Part shown: positions 43,427 to 53,588 of the stretch, in pieces
Layout: each line of letters opens with the position of its first letter
Position numbering within the stretch: position 1 is the first letter of the stretch
DNA from: an uncultured Methanomicrobiaceae archaeon
GTDB lineage: Archaea; Halobacteriota; Methanomicrobia; Methanomicrobiales; Methanoculleaceae
Length of the DNA stretch: 64,000 nt
Direction: 5' to 3'
NCBI GenBank assembly: GCA_963826525.1
Contig: CAWGXH010000003.1
Location: 352,001 to 416,000 of the forward strand
Translations under genes and position numbers: made by a program
Notes under the pieces: generated by a model
Databases searched by the model: none
What the model was told of the DNA's origin: nothing
Seen by the model: only the letters and a program-made list of their open reading frames with translations

Positions 43427-44329
43427 GTGAAGATCGGGTATCCCTGTATCAACAGGAGCATCGGGTGCCGGGGCAACCGGACGTTCCGGCTGGCGTCGTA
43501 CTCGGATGAGCGGCTCGTCGCGACGGTCAGGGAGAACCTCGCCTGCCTCGCAGAGACGCTCTCCTACAACGTCCGGCATAACCTTCTCTTCTTTCGGATC
43601 ACCTCGGACCTCGTTCCGTTCGCCTCCCATCCGGTCTGCTCGGTCGACTGGCAGGCGGTCTTTGCGGACGAGCTTCGGCGGCTCGGCGACTACATCCGGG
43701 GAAACCGGATCCGGATCTCGATGCACCCCGATCAGTTCGTCATCATCAACGCGAAAGATCCGGGGATCGTGGAGCGCAGCATCCGGGAGCTCCGCTACCA
43801 CGCCGCTCTCCTGGATGCGGCAGGGCTCGATACCTCTGCAAAGATCCAGATCCATCTCGGCGGGGTCTACGGGGAGAAGGAGCGGAGTATGCAGCGGTTT
43901 ATCCGGGAGTACGAACGGCTCGACGAGCGTATCGCCCGGCGCCTCGTCATCGAGAACGACGATCGGCGCTACACCGTGCGCGACTGCCTCCGGGTGCACG
44001 AGGCGGTCGGAATACCGGTGCTCTTCGACCGGTTCCACCACGAGGTCAACTCCTCGGGCGAGACCGTCCGCGACGTGGTCGGGCTCTGTGCGAAGACCTG
44101 GACGGAGCCGGACGGCATCCTGATGGTTGACTACAGCTCGCAGCAGCCGGGCGGTCGGCGGGGCACCCATGCCGCGAGCCTGAACCCCGATCACTTCGCT
44201 CTATTCCTCGCCGAATCGGCGCCCTGGGACTGCGATATCATGCTTGAGATAAAGGACAAAGAGAAGAGTGCCGTCCTCGCCGCATCCCTCGCAGCCGGGG
44301 ACGACCGGTTTGTCCGCTCGTCGCTCTGA
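43427..44329 (+). CDS. uvsE: UV damage endonuclease
   Basis: KIGYPCIN, FFRITSDLVPFASHP, SMHPDQF, IENDD, MLEIKDKE. Confidence 0.93.
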   Translation: MKIGYPCINRSIGCRGNRTFRLASYSDERLVATVRENLACLAETLSYNVRHNLLFFRITSDLVPFASHPVCSVDWQAVFADELRRLGDYIRGNRIRISMHPDQFVIINAKDPGIVERSIRELRYHAALLDAAGLDTSAKIQIHLGGVYGEKERSMQRFIREYERLDERIARRLVIENDDRRYTVRDCLRVHEAVGIPVLFDRFHHEVNSSGETVRDVVGLCAKTWTEPDGILMVDYSSQQPGGRRGTHAASLNPDHFALFLAESAPWDCDIMLEIKDKEKSAVLAASLAAGDDRFVRSSL

Positions 44330-44335
44330 TCCGGA

Positions 44336-44761
44336 TCAGAGAATCGTCACTTCCAGAGCCGGCGGCATCAGTGCCGCGCCGATGGCGTGGCAGATGCCGT
44401 TATCGCAGAACGCGTCCGCCTCGACGATGGGGACGCTGTTCACGGTGATCCCCCTGTCGGACGAGCGGATCACAAGTTCGGTCCCGAGCAGCGACCGCAC
44501 CGTGGAGACGGTGCGGAGGGTCTCGGAGGTCAGCGTCCCCGGAACGACGTGGTAGGCAAGAATAATGGTGATCTTATCGGTATCCTCGGTGATCTCCTTC
44601 ATCCTCTCCTCCGATACCCGTGCAAATGCGCTGTCGGTAGGAACAAATACCGTGTATGGCCCCTGGTTCGTAAGCCGGTTCTCCATCCCTGCCTGCCTCA
44701 CCAGCTGTACAAAGGTGGAAAAATCCCCCGAATCTTCCAGTGTTTCGAGAATGCTCTTCAT
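44336..44761 (-). CDS. Fasciclin (FAS1) domain protein 1
   Basis: GPYTVFVPTDSAF, LAYHVV, DNGICHAI. Confidence 0.92.
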   Translation of the reverse strand: MKSILETLEDSGDFSTFVQLVRQAGMENRLTNQGPYTVFVPTDSAFARVSEERMKEITEDTDKITIILAYHVVPGTLTSETLRTVSTVRSLLGTELVIRSSDRGITVNSVPIVEADAFCDNGICHAIGAALMPPALEVTIL

Positions 44762-44828
44762 GCCGCATATCCCCTATGCCCCTGTCGTGAAGCGGGTATA
44801 TATAACTAATTCCTCGCCGGACCGGCTT

Positions 44829-45199
44829 CAGCGTGCAAGCGACCTCCGCCATCGACTGCATGATACGCCGTCGATGACCCCGTTGTCGCAGTCGGTATCC
44901 GCCGCGACGACACGTGCATCGTTCACACGGATCTCCTCATCGATAACCGGGACGATTGAGCTCGCTCCCCTGCACCGTCCTGGTCGCCGGATTTCGCATA
45001 CCGGGCACCTCTCCGGACTTCAGCACCCCGACGACGATATGCCGCATGAGAACGTCTGCAAGCCTCTTTTGAAAGGTTTGCAAAGACGGTGAACGGCTTC
45101 GCGGTCGCTTAACGCTCCCTTCGGATCGGCTATCTCGATGAGGTTGACAAACGTGCTCAGTTCTTCCGACTGCCGCAGTGTTTCAAGAATGGTTGCCAT
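44829..45199 (-). pseudogene. Degenerate fasciclin gene 2
   Basis: MATILETLRQSEELSTFV, FTVFA, HIVVG, DNGV fragments spread over several frames. Confidence 0.65.
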
Positions 45200-45304
45200 G
45201 CCGGACCCCCCCTTCCGGGAGTGCCTTTCAGATCCCGCACCCGTATATACGTTGCCGGTGCCGTACCGCGGCACGCCGGCCGCCCGGCATTTGGGCGAGT
45301 CCCC

Positions 45305-46879
45305 TCACAGCAGCTCGTTCCGCTGCAGGAACTCCCGGATCTTGCGGCTCTCCACCCATCCGGCATCGAGCTCGGTGATATACCTGTTGACCCGCCCGAC
45401 CTGCTCGCGGATCTGTTCGGCGGTCTTTTCATCCGCGAGCAGGTCGGCGCGTGCCATGATCACCTGCAGCGGATGGCGGATATGGTCGCCGAGGATGGCG
45501 AACTGCTCCATGTTCCGCTCGATCTGCTCGAAGGCACGCTGCCGGATCTCTTCCATGACCGCCCGGTCGGTCACATCGAGGAGCTGCACTAAAAATCCCT
45601 TGAACAGGTTCGTCTCGCGGTCGAGCACCGGACTTGTATAGATCTCGATAGAGCGCGTCCCGGACTTCGTCGTCGCATAGAGACCCTGCTCCCGTGCGAG
45701 GCCGAGGTCGAGGGTGGTGGTGGCATGCCCGCCTTCGCCACGTCGGAGCCGGTCTTTCAGCAGTTCGGGGAACTGCGGGTCTTTGAAGATATTGTATCCC
45801 TGCATGCCGTTTCTCCTCGGTATGCCGAGGATATGCAGGCACGCCCGGTTGGTATGGAGCAACCTGCCGCTGGTGGTGAAGTATTGAATGCCGACCGGGG
45901 ATTCGTTGAAGATCCGCTTGAACCGCTCCCCGCTGCTGCGGAGTTCCTTCTCGAGCGTTCGCTGCCTGGTGATGTCGTGCACGATGCTATAGAGCAGGGT
46001 ACGTCCGCCGGTAGCGACCGGACCTGAAAAGACCTCCACGCTGCGGATCTCGCCGTTTGCGAGCCGGTGCCGGAAGACGAACTGCTCTCTCTCCCCCCGC
46101 CGCGCCCGCTGCATCTCCTGAACTACCTCTCCTGCGGGAAGCACGTTCAGATCGGTGTTCGTCATTCCGGTGATCCGGTCGTGCGGATACCCGTAGAAGG
46201 AGCAGGCCGCAGGATTGGCATCGACGATCGCTTCGGTCTCCGGGTCGATGAGCAGCATGGCCGCCCGACTCTCCGGTGAAGATCGTCCGGTAGCGTTCCT
46301 CGCTCTCCCTGAGCGCCTCCTCCGCCCGCTTTCTGCTCGGTGATATCCTCCTGCATGCCGATGAGATACTGCGCATCTCCGGCTCCGTCCCGGATCGCCG
46401 TCGCGGTCAGGCGTACCCAGATGATCTGCCCCGCCTTTGTATAGTAGCGTTTCTCCATCCGGTAGCGGCTCCTCTGCCCTGCGATGGCCTCGGAGAAGAG
46501 CATGCTGTTCTCGTCGATATCGGCCGGGTGGGTGTAGTCGGCAATCCGCATGCCCCGGAGTTCCTCTGCGGAGTAGCCGAGCATCCGCCGGAACGCCGGA
46601 TTCGACCGGATGATTCGCCAGTCGCTGTCCACCAGGACGATGCCGATACCCGCCTCCTCAAAGATGCTCCGGAAGCACGCTTCGCTCTCCTGCCCGTGAT
46701 CGATCCGCACGGAGCCGGTCGCATTCCTCTTCTGCGCTCCGGGCGCGTGCTTCGAGGGCTTTTATATCGGCGGCGAGCGTCTCGATGAGGTGGCGATCGG
46801 CCGCGCCGGCCTTCCGCCGAAGTTCCTGCAGGGACGCGTGCACCTCTCCGCCCGGGGAGTTCTCTATTGATTCACTCAT
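45305..46879 (-). CDS. Multi-PAS sensor ending in a HisKA-like helix with no ATPase domain (frameshifted)
   Basis: Three PAS repeats; ends QFAILGDHIRHPLQVI...GWVESRKIREFL. Confidence 0.8.
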
Positions 46880-47299
46880 CGGTATCCCTCACATTCTCCT
46901 TCCGGTGTCCGGAGTCTCCTGCGTAAGACGAACGGGCAGCAGAGATCGTCGTTACGTCACCTCCGCACGCCTCGTCCCTGACCGGCAGCGTGAGGAGCCG
47001 ATGGATGAAACGGTCGGCGGCAGGCCCCGGCAACTCCTGAAAATGATTCTTCGGCTGACCCGGGGATCTAAAATGCCTGCAGCCTGGTGACACTACAGTA
47101 GATTCGGCTGATGCGGACGATAATGATTTCCATCCGGGGGCGGTTGTTCAGCATCCGGCATGGCCGACTGCCGTTTCGGTCGTGACAGAGACGGCGACTC
47201 GGTCGTCGGTACGGTCGTTTCCGGTGTGCCGGCTATCCGGTCGCCCCGGGAAAGAGAATAGTATTCGTATTCAAAAAGCCGCTGTGGCCGGGGGACGGT

Positions 47300-47740
47300 T
47301 CACACCGATCGTACAATCCGCGCTTCTGCCATGCGCGGGATCAGCAGCGCATCGATAATGTGGCAGATGCCGTTTGTGCTCTCGATATCCTTCTCGAGGA
47401 TCCTCGCCCCGTTCACCAGGAGAGCCTCGCCCGAGGCATCGATATCGATATGATCGCCCTGGAGCGTCTTGATCGACTCCATCGTCTGCAGCTCGTTCGA
47501 TGTCAGTTTGCCGGAGACGACATGGTAGGCGAGGATGGCGGTCAGCCTCCGCCGATCCGAGAGGATCTCGCCGAGCAGTTCCTCCGAGATCGTCGAGAAT
47601 GCTTCGTCCGTCGGGGCAAAGAGCGTATACCGTCCCCCGCTGGCGAGGGTCTGATCCATACCGGCCGCCGCAATAGCACGCACGAGCGTTGTGAGCCTTG
47701 CGTCCTCCCGTGCAGTCTCGATAATATTCTTCATCTTCAT
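47300..47740 (-). CDS. Fasciclin domain protein 3
   Basis: YTLFAPTDEAF, LAYHVV, TNGICHIID. Confidence 0.92.
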   Translation of the reverse strand: MKMKNIIETAREDARLTTLVRAIAAAGMDQTLASGGRYTLFAPTDEAFSTISEELLGEILSDRRRLTAILAYHVVSGKLTSNELQTMESIKTLQGDHIDIDASGEALLVNGARILEKDIESTNGICHIIDALLIPRMAEARIVRSV

Positions 47741-47981
47741 TCCTCCAAGGACGGGACCGCCACTCTCTCGCCATTATACTATATTATGACTTCCGGTAGT
47801 GGTAGACGGGCGTGAGAGCGTGCCCCGTTCCGCCCGGAAGCAGTTCGACCGAGAGCAATGCAGTCTTCCGCCGGCCTTTCCGGGCGGTGTGTATGACGCG
47901 ATCACCTGTTCAGGGTTCTGCAGAGATCTGCCTGCCACGAAAAATGTTCCCGGGAGTGGGTCTCCCCTCCGGGATTCTTCC

Positions 47982-48410
47982 TTACCGCTGCGCCGGAACT
48001 TCGACTTTTTTCGGAACCAGAACCGAATCGATGACGTGGCAGACGCCGTTTGTGCATTCGATATCGGTCTCGGTGATCCGTGCGTCGTTCACCCGCACCG
48101 ATCCCTGCGAGGTGTCGATCGTGAGGCTGTCGCCCTCAAGCGTCCGGATCGAGTTCTGCTGCATGACATCCGATGCCATCATCTTCCCGGAGACGACATG
48201 GTACTTCAGAATCGCAGAGAGCTGCTCTTTGTCCTTGAGGATACTGTTCAGCTGGTCTTTCGGGATCTGGTTGAATGCCCCGTTCGTCGGTGCGAAGACC
48301 GTGAACGGCCCCTGGTTGCTCAGTGTTTCCGTCAGCCCCGCAGCATCGACTGCCTTCAGGAGCGTATTAAACCGCCCGTCATCTTTCGCTGTCTCGATAA
48401 TGTTCTTCAT
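47982..48410 (-). CDS. Fasciclin domain protein 4
   Basis: GPFTVFAPTNGAF, LKYHVV, TNGVCHVID. Confidence 0.93.
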   Translation of the reverse strand: MKNIIETAKDDGRFNTLLKAVDAAGLTETLSNQGPFTVFAPTNGAFNQIPKDQLNSILKDKEQLSAILKYHVVSGKMMASDVMQQNSIRTLEGDSLTIDTSQGSVRVNDARITETDIECTNGVCHVIDSVLVPKKVEVPAQR

Positions 48411-48638
48411 ACCGGTAACCCCTCCTCGGGCCGGGACGCTCCTGCACAGCTCAGGATATATAATACCTGGCCCGTGTCTGCGGAATCCTCGTAAAATCTC
48501 CCGAATGCGGCAATGCGGCACGCAAACGCCACGGTGGAGAGAAAAGTCCCCATACGTTCGATATACAGATCTACGGTCCGCCGGAATACAGAGAATCGGG
48601 GGAGAGCCCCCGTGATGAGGCAGCGCCCTCCGACGGTC

Positions 48639-49085
48639 TTACTCTTTGGTCTTGGCGTAGGCCTCGTACGCCTGCGAGAGCGTGGCGAACGGAACCTTGT
48701 CGACGACGTGGATGATGCCGTTGTCGGCCTCTTTGTTCTCCTCGATGACCTTTGCGGTCTCCACCATGTACCCCTCGTCGGTCTTCTGCACCTCGACCGT
48801 GTTCCCTTCGACGGTCTTTAAGATCTTCCTGTCCGCAAGGTCGGCGATCGAGTACTTGTGCTCCCCGATCTGCATGAAGTCGAAGAGGTGTCCGAGCATC
48901 TGTTTGTCGTTCAAGATCATCGAGCGGTTCGGCTCCGGTATCTCGTCGAATGCCGAATCGATCGGCACAAGGAGCGTCATCGGGCCTTTGCTCCGGAGCG
49001 TCTCCTCTTTGCCGATGGTCGCTACGATCTCCATGAACCTGCCGAACCGTCCGTCACTGTTTAATGTCTCAAAGATATTCGCCAT
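48639..49085 (-). CDS. Fasciclin domain protein 5 (divergent, lacks the YH motif)
   Basis: GPMTLLVPIDSAF, DNGIIHVVD. Confidence 0.88.
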   Translation of the reverse strand: MANIFETLNSDGRFGRFMEIVATIGKEETLRSKGPMTLLVPIDSAFDEIPEPNRSMILNDKQMLGHLFDFMQIGEHKYSIADLADRKILKTVEGNTVEVQKTDEGYMVETAKVIEENKEADNGIIHVVDKVPFATLSQAYEAYAKTKE

Positions 49086-49232
49086 ACCAGTTCCTCCTGT
49101 TAGGTACGGGCTTCCCTGGTCTGTTATTATATATATTGATTATTATATCGTTGAGTATATCCTCGCCCGGATAAGAGAGTGGTCTCCCCGATCCCCGGAG
49201 AGATCGTAACCGTCCCGGGCGGGGTGCCGGAT

Positions 49233-49808
49233 CTAGCGGGGTGCCTGCTTCTCCATATACCGGTACAGCAGGTCGAGCGCTTCCCGTTCACGCGCTCCGC
49301 CGCACTTCCGGACGAGGCTCGCATGGTGCTCGATGAGCTGCATCAGCCATGGGTCGCCGGTCCTGACGTAGCGGGTGGCGTGCACCGTGGCGTCCACGAT
49401 GCTGTTGAACCCCCGGTTCACCGGGTGCAGGCGGAGCGATACGATCTCCTCGCGGAGCGGTGAGAGCTGCACGACGTGGGCCTCGCTGGTCGACCGCTCG
49501 ACCTTTGCGTCGAATGCAATCCAGGCCTCGGCATCCGCAAGGCGCTGCACCGCTCGCGTATCGATCTCCTCGTCGAGAAAAGCGTCCTTCGGGAGATCGT
49601 CAAACGCGGTCAGGACGTAGAGCACCGGGTCGTAGACGAAGTTTGCCACGACCCACCCGTCCCGCAGGATGTTCTCTGCGGTGTGGCTGCCGCGGAAGAG
49701 CACCATGTGGGGGCTTGTGCTCCTCGAGATAATGCCCATCGGCGCTGCGTTGCCGCGGGTGGTTGCTATCACCTCGTTGATCCCGTCGATCAGCAGTCCC
49801 ACTGCCAT
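49233..49808 (-). CDS. DUF447 family protein
   Basis: GINEVIATT..NAAPMGI, GSHTAENI, VNRG, ATVHATR. Confidence 0.85.
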   Translation of the reverse strand: MAVGLLIDGINEVIATTRGNAAPMGIISRSTSPHMVLFRGSHTAENILRDGWVVANFVYDPVLYVLTAFDDLPKDAFLDEEIDTRAVQRLADAEAWIAFDAKVERSTSEAHVVQLSPLREEIVSLRLHPVNRGFNSIVDATVHATRYVRTGDPWLMQLIEHHASLVRKCGGAREREALDLLYRYMEKQAPR

Positions 49809-50611
49809 CCCTCCCCGAGAGCGACGTAGATCGCGGCGATGGTGATGTCGGCGATGGAACCCGGGTTGATACCGGCGGCGATGCACTCGGCGTCGAGGGC
49901 GGCGATATCCCGTCTCCCCTCCACGACCTCCCGTGCATGCTCCATCGTCCGGACGGCGACCTCGGAGCCGTGCTTCTTTGCGATGAAGGTGTCCGGCTCT
50001 TCGGCGAGGAGGTGCATGAAGGCCTGCACGATCGCCTGTCGTCCGCAGCCGTGCTCGTGCAAAAGATCGGCGCCGCGGCGGGTCAGCCGGTAGCCGTTCG
50101 TCCACTCCCGGGCGACCATATCATTCGGCGCCGAATACTCCATGATATCGAGCAGGGTCATCCCGCGCTCGCGGATAGCCCGGATCGACTCCGGGTCGTT
50201 CACGTCGAGTTCCTCGTCGCTCCCCATTCTGACCGCCGTAAGAGCGAAGGCCGCGTAAAAGTCGATCGCATCCTCGACATTCGTCTCCCGGATTGCCTGC
50301 AGGGCGCCGTCGATCCCGTCGCCGAGGAGCAGGGGGACGAGCAGGATATAGGCGCCGAAATGCGTGTTGCCGCCGGAATGATCGCTCGTGAGACGGACGG
50401 CCTCTTTAATCAGGGAGCCGATGCGCCCGTCCCGGCGCTCCGCCTTTTCGAAGGCGGGCCTTACAAAAATGGTGGAGGCGAGGAAGTGCTCGAGCCGGGT
50501 GTCCGCGTAGTCGTGGCAGCGGTCGACGTTCCCGGGTTTCGGGTAGGCGGAGACCTCCAGCATCATCGCCAGCTGGGCGCGTTCAGACCGTGTCGGCTGC
50601 AGATCCTTCAT
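49790..50611 (-). CDS. citG: Triphosphoribosyl-dephospho-CoA synthase family (CitG)
   Basis: LEVSAYPKPGNVDR, GNTHFG, PDTFIAKKHG, NPGSIAD. Confidence 0.85.
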   Translation of the reverse strand: MKDLQPTRSERAQLAMMLEVSAYPKPGNVDRCHDYADTRLEHFLASTIFVRPAFEKAERRDGRIGSLIKEAVRLTSDHSGGNTHFGAYILLVPLLLGDGIDGALQAIRETNVEDAIDFYAAFALTAVRMGSDEELDVNDPESIRAIRERGMTLLDIMEYSAPNDMVAREWTNGYRLTRRGADLLHEHGCGRQAIVQAFMHLLAEEPDTFIAKKHGSEVAVRTMEHAREVVEGRRDIAALDAECIAAGINPGSIADITIAAIYVALGEGWQWDC

Positions 50612-51719
50612 CGAACAACCTGTGCATTATCTTTTCGGAAAGCCGGTGTTTATACCGCATGTAGTCCTGAATCGAGATGCCCATCTTCTGGAGCGTCATA
50701 TTCCGGAACATACAGGGCGAACTCGCCTTGCAGCACCACGCAAGGCTGCCGAAACAGGTGCTGTTCCCTTCGGCGAGCGGCGTGTCCTTCACCCCCTCCT
50801 GCTTGAACTTCACGTAGTCGTCGCGGGTGAGGCTGATTTTTTCGAGCATCGGAATGAGCGGACAGTTCTTGACCGGCATGCAGCAGAACGTCAGAGACCT
50901 GACATCCCCGCCGCGGCAGAGCTGTTTCGGGGCGTTGTACCACCCGCTCTCGTCGGCGGAGCGGGCAATCGCCGCATCCAGGCCGGAGAGCGTCCACGTA
51001 TCGGAACTCCGCGCCAGGGAGACGAGGTCGGCGCCGCGGGCGAACATATCCATCGCTTTATCGAAGGTGGTGATGCCGTTGTTGGCGATAAGGGTCAGCG
51101 GGCAGGCGTTTCGGATCTGGCGGAGCTTTGCGTATCCAAAGTCCATCAGGTCGATATGCAGCAGGTCGGCGCCCGCCTTCCAGCAGGTGCGGGCGAGGCC
51201 TCGGTCATCCGCAGCAACACCGGCACGGACCTTAACGGAGACGGTTACCCCGACTGCCTTGAGTGCACGGATCGTCTCGGCGAGCTCGCCGGGGTGGTGC
51301 AGCAGGTATTCCCCGCATCCCGCTTCGACCATGGCAGGCTGTCTGCAGTGCGCGTCGATCTCGTAGACGACGCTCTCCTCGAACGCTTCTGCAATCTCCC
51401 GGTATGCCGCGGGCGTGCTGCCGCGAAGGTTGATGCCGGGTACGACGTCGCTCTTCTCCAGAAGTTTGATCTGACGGCCGAGTTCCTCTACCGGGTCGTC
51501 GTAGAGAAATTCCCGCCGCCCCTGACGGGCCAGTTCCTCGCTTGCATCGAGCGTCCGGCGATCGATGGAGTAGCCTCCGATGAACGCCGCTCCTATGTGG
51601 TCTGCGCGTTCGAGCACATAGGCCGCATCCACGATCCCCGCCATGGACGCGATCGCAATCGGCGTTTTGACAATCCGATCGTTTATGACGAGCTCAAAAC
51701 GATCATACGCTTCCATCAT
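50583..51719 (-). CDS. Methanogenesis marker 9 domain protein (Dus-like TIM barrel plus Cys-rich domain)
   Basis: ASMAG, EIDAHCRQ; CRGGDVRSLTFCC, TCFGSLAWCCK. Confidence 0.88.
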   Translation of the reverse strand: MMEAYDRFELVINDRIVKTPIAIASMAGIVDAAYVLERADHIGAAFIGGYSIDRRTLDASEELARQGRREFLYDDPVEELGRQIKLLEKSDVVPGINLRGSTPAAYREIAEAFEESVVYEIDAHCRQPAMVEAGCGEYLLHHPGELAETIRALKAVGVTVSVKVRAGVAADDRGLARTCWKAGADLLHIDLMDFGYAKLRQIRNACPLTLIANNGITTFDKAMDMFARGADLVSLARSSDTWTLSGLDAAIARSADESGWYNAPKQLCRGGDVRSLTFCCMPVKNCPLIPMLEKISLTRDDYVKFKQEGVKDTPLAEGNSTCFGSLAWCCKASSPCMFRNMTLQKMGISIQDYMRYKHRLSEKIMHRLFDEGSAADTV

Positions 51720-51989
51720 GATTCCATATGGTTTGGTGCTCCGGGGAGAAATTATTTTGTATCCGGAAGCCTCCGGACGGAGGCAACATATACGCGGGAG
51801 AGTGCGATCCGCTCCTTAAAAAACCGCCGATCCCGATCCCGGGCTCCCGTGCCCGACGGGACGCCGAAGAACCGGTTGCAACCGCGGGCGTTTCTCCCGC
51901 CCGAACTATCCCGTCGGACAGGTCTCTCCGCCCCCCGGGAAACCCAATCGGTAATTATTTTAACGGGGTGTCGTTGTACCTTTTGTTAT

Positions 51990-52392
51990 ATGGTTAAGAA
52001 AGGAATGTTACTGGTCGGCCACGGAAGCAAACTCCCCCACAACAAGGAACTGATCGAGACGACGGCCCGGCTGATAGCCGAACGCTCCGACGAGTACATC
52101 GTCAAGCCCGGTTTCATGAGCCTCAACACGCCCTCCGTTGCGGATCGAGCTCGAGGCGTTCCGGAGCGAAGATATCGATATGCTCGTCGTGGTGCCCCTC
52201 TTCCTCGCCAAGGGCGTCCACATCAACCAGGATATCCCCGAGATCATCGGCCTTGCAGCGGGTACCCGGAAGGGCACCTTCCAGAAGAACGGCACGACCA
52301 TCCCGCTCGTCTACGCCGACCCCATCGGCAGCGACCCCCTGCTCGCCGAGCTGATGCTGAAGAACGCAGAAGACGCGGTACGGCTGGTATAG
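51990..52392 (+). CDS. cfbA: Sirohydrochlorin nickelochelatase (frameshift near 52140)
   Basis: LLVGHGSKLPHN, VPLFLAKGVHI, YADPIG. Confidence 0.9.
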
Positions 52393-52399
52393 TACCCGT

Positions 52400-53582
52400 A
52401 TGAGAGTTCTGGTGCTCGACACCATCCACGGCGGCGCCGAGATCGCCCGGGCGGCCCGCGCCGCCGGACACCTCGTGGACGAGGTGGACGTCTACCGGGG
52501 CGAAGGGGGCATCCCGGTCGCGGAGGCCCTTCGCCGGAGGTACCGATCTCGCGGTCGCCCCGGTGCACCTCGACCCGGATCACCCCCTCCTCAAGCGCCA
52601 CGGGAACGCTCTCTCGCACCACGAGGTGGTGCGGCTGCTCCTCGAGGGCAGGCTTCCCCATCCCACGATCGAGATCACCGGCGCCCGCGGGAAGACCACG
52701 ACGGCGCACGCTCTCGCGCACCTGATGCAGGGACCCGGGATTCTCCACACCTCCGCCGGCACCCGGCAGTACCCGGAAGCGCGGATACTCTGGCAGAGGA
52801 GCATCACGCCGGCATCGGTCCTCGCCGCAGCGGATGCCGCGAGGGAGTGTGACGGCTGGCTGATCGCCGAGGAGTCGCTCGGGGTGACCGGTGCGGGAAA
52901 CGTCGCGGTGCTGACGAGCGCCGACGACTATCCCGTCGCCGCCGGGAAGAAACGGGCGCTCGCCGAGAAGTGCCGCTCGCTCTCCCGGGCGAAGGTCGTG
53001 GTGGCCCCGCCCGGCGTCGCTATACCGGCCTCGACCGTCGTCCGGACGGACGAGGCGACGGTCTGCTCGGGCACGACCGTGCAGTACGACTGGAACGGCA
53101 TCACCGGCGAGTTTACGAGCCCCCTCTGCGAACTTGCCGGCTACGCGCTGCCTCTTGCGCTCGCGGCGACGACCGCCTGCGTCCTCGGGATCGATCCCGC
53201 CCCCCTCGCCGAATTTGCCGCCCTCCCCGGCAGGATGGCGGCACGGGTCGAGGACGGCATTCTCATCGTGGACAACGCGAACAGCGGCACCAATGTCGCG
53301 ACGACGGTCGAAGCCGCCCGGTATGCCCGCCGGCTCTCGGGGAGCGATGCGGTCACCCTGGTCATCGGGGTGCTCTCGCAGACGGTCTGCGAGGGGTTCC
53401 CGGCGGAGGAGATCGAGCGTGCCGTTGCGGCGGTGCGGCCGGAGCACGTGGTCTATGCCGGGGAGGAGTGGGTCGCGAGCGGCAGACCGCACACGGCTGC
53501 CGATCTTACGGAAGGGCTCCGGGTCGCCCGTTCCCTGACCCGGCACGGGAGCATCGTGCTTGCCGTGAAGACATGGAGATAG
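52400..53582 (+). CDS. cfbE: Coenzyme F430 synthetase (frameshift near 52545)
   Basis: LDTIHGG, EITGARGKTTTA, SITPAS, EESLG, DNANSG. Confidence 0.9.
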
Positions 53583-53588
53583 AGACGT

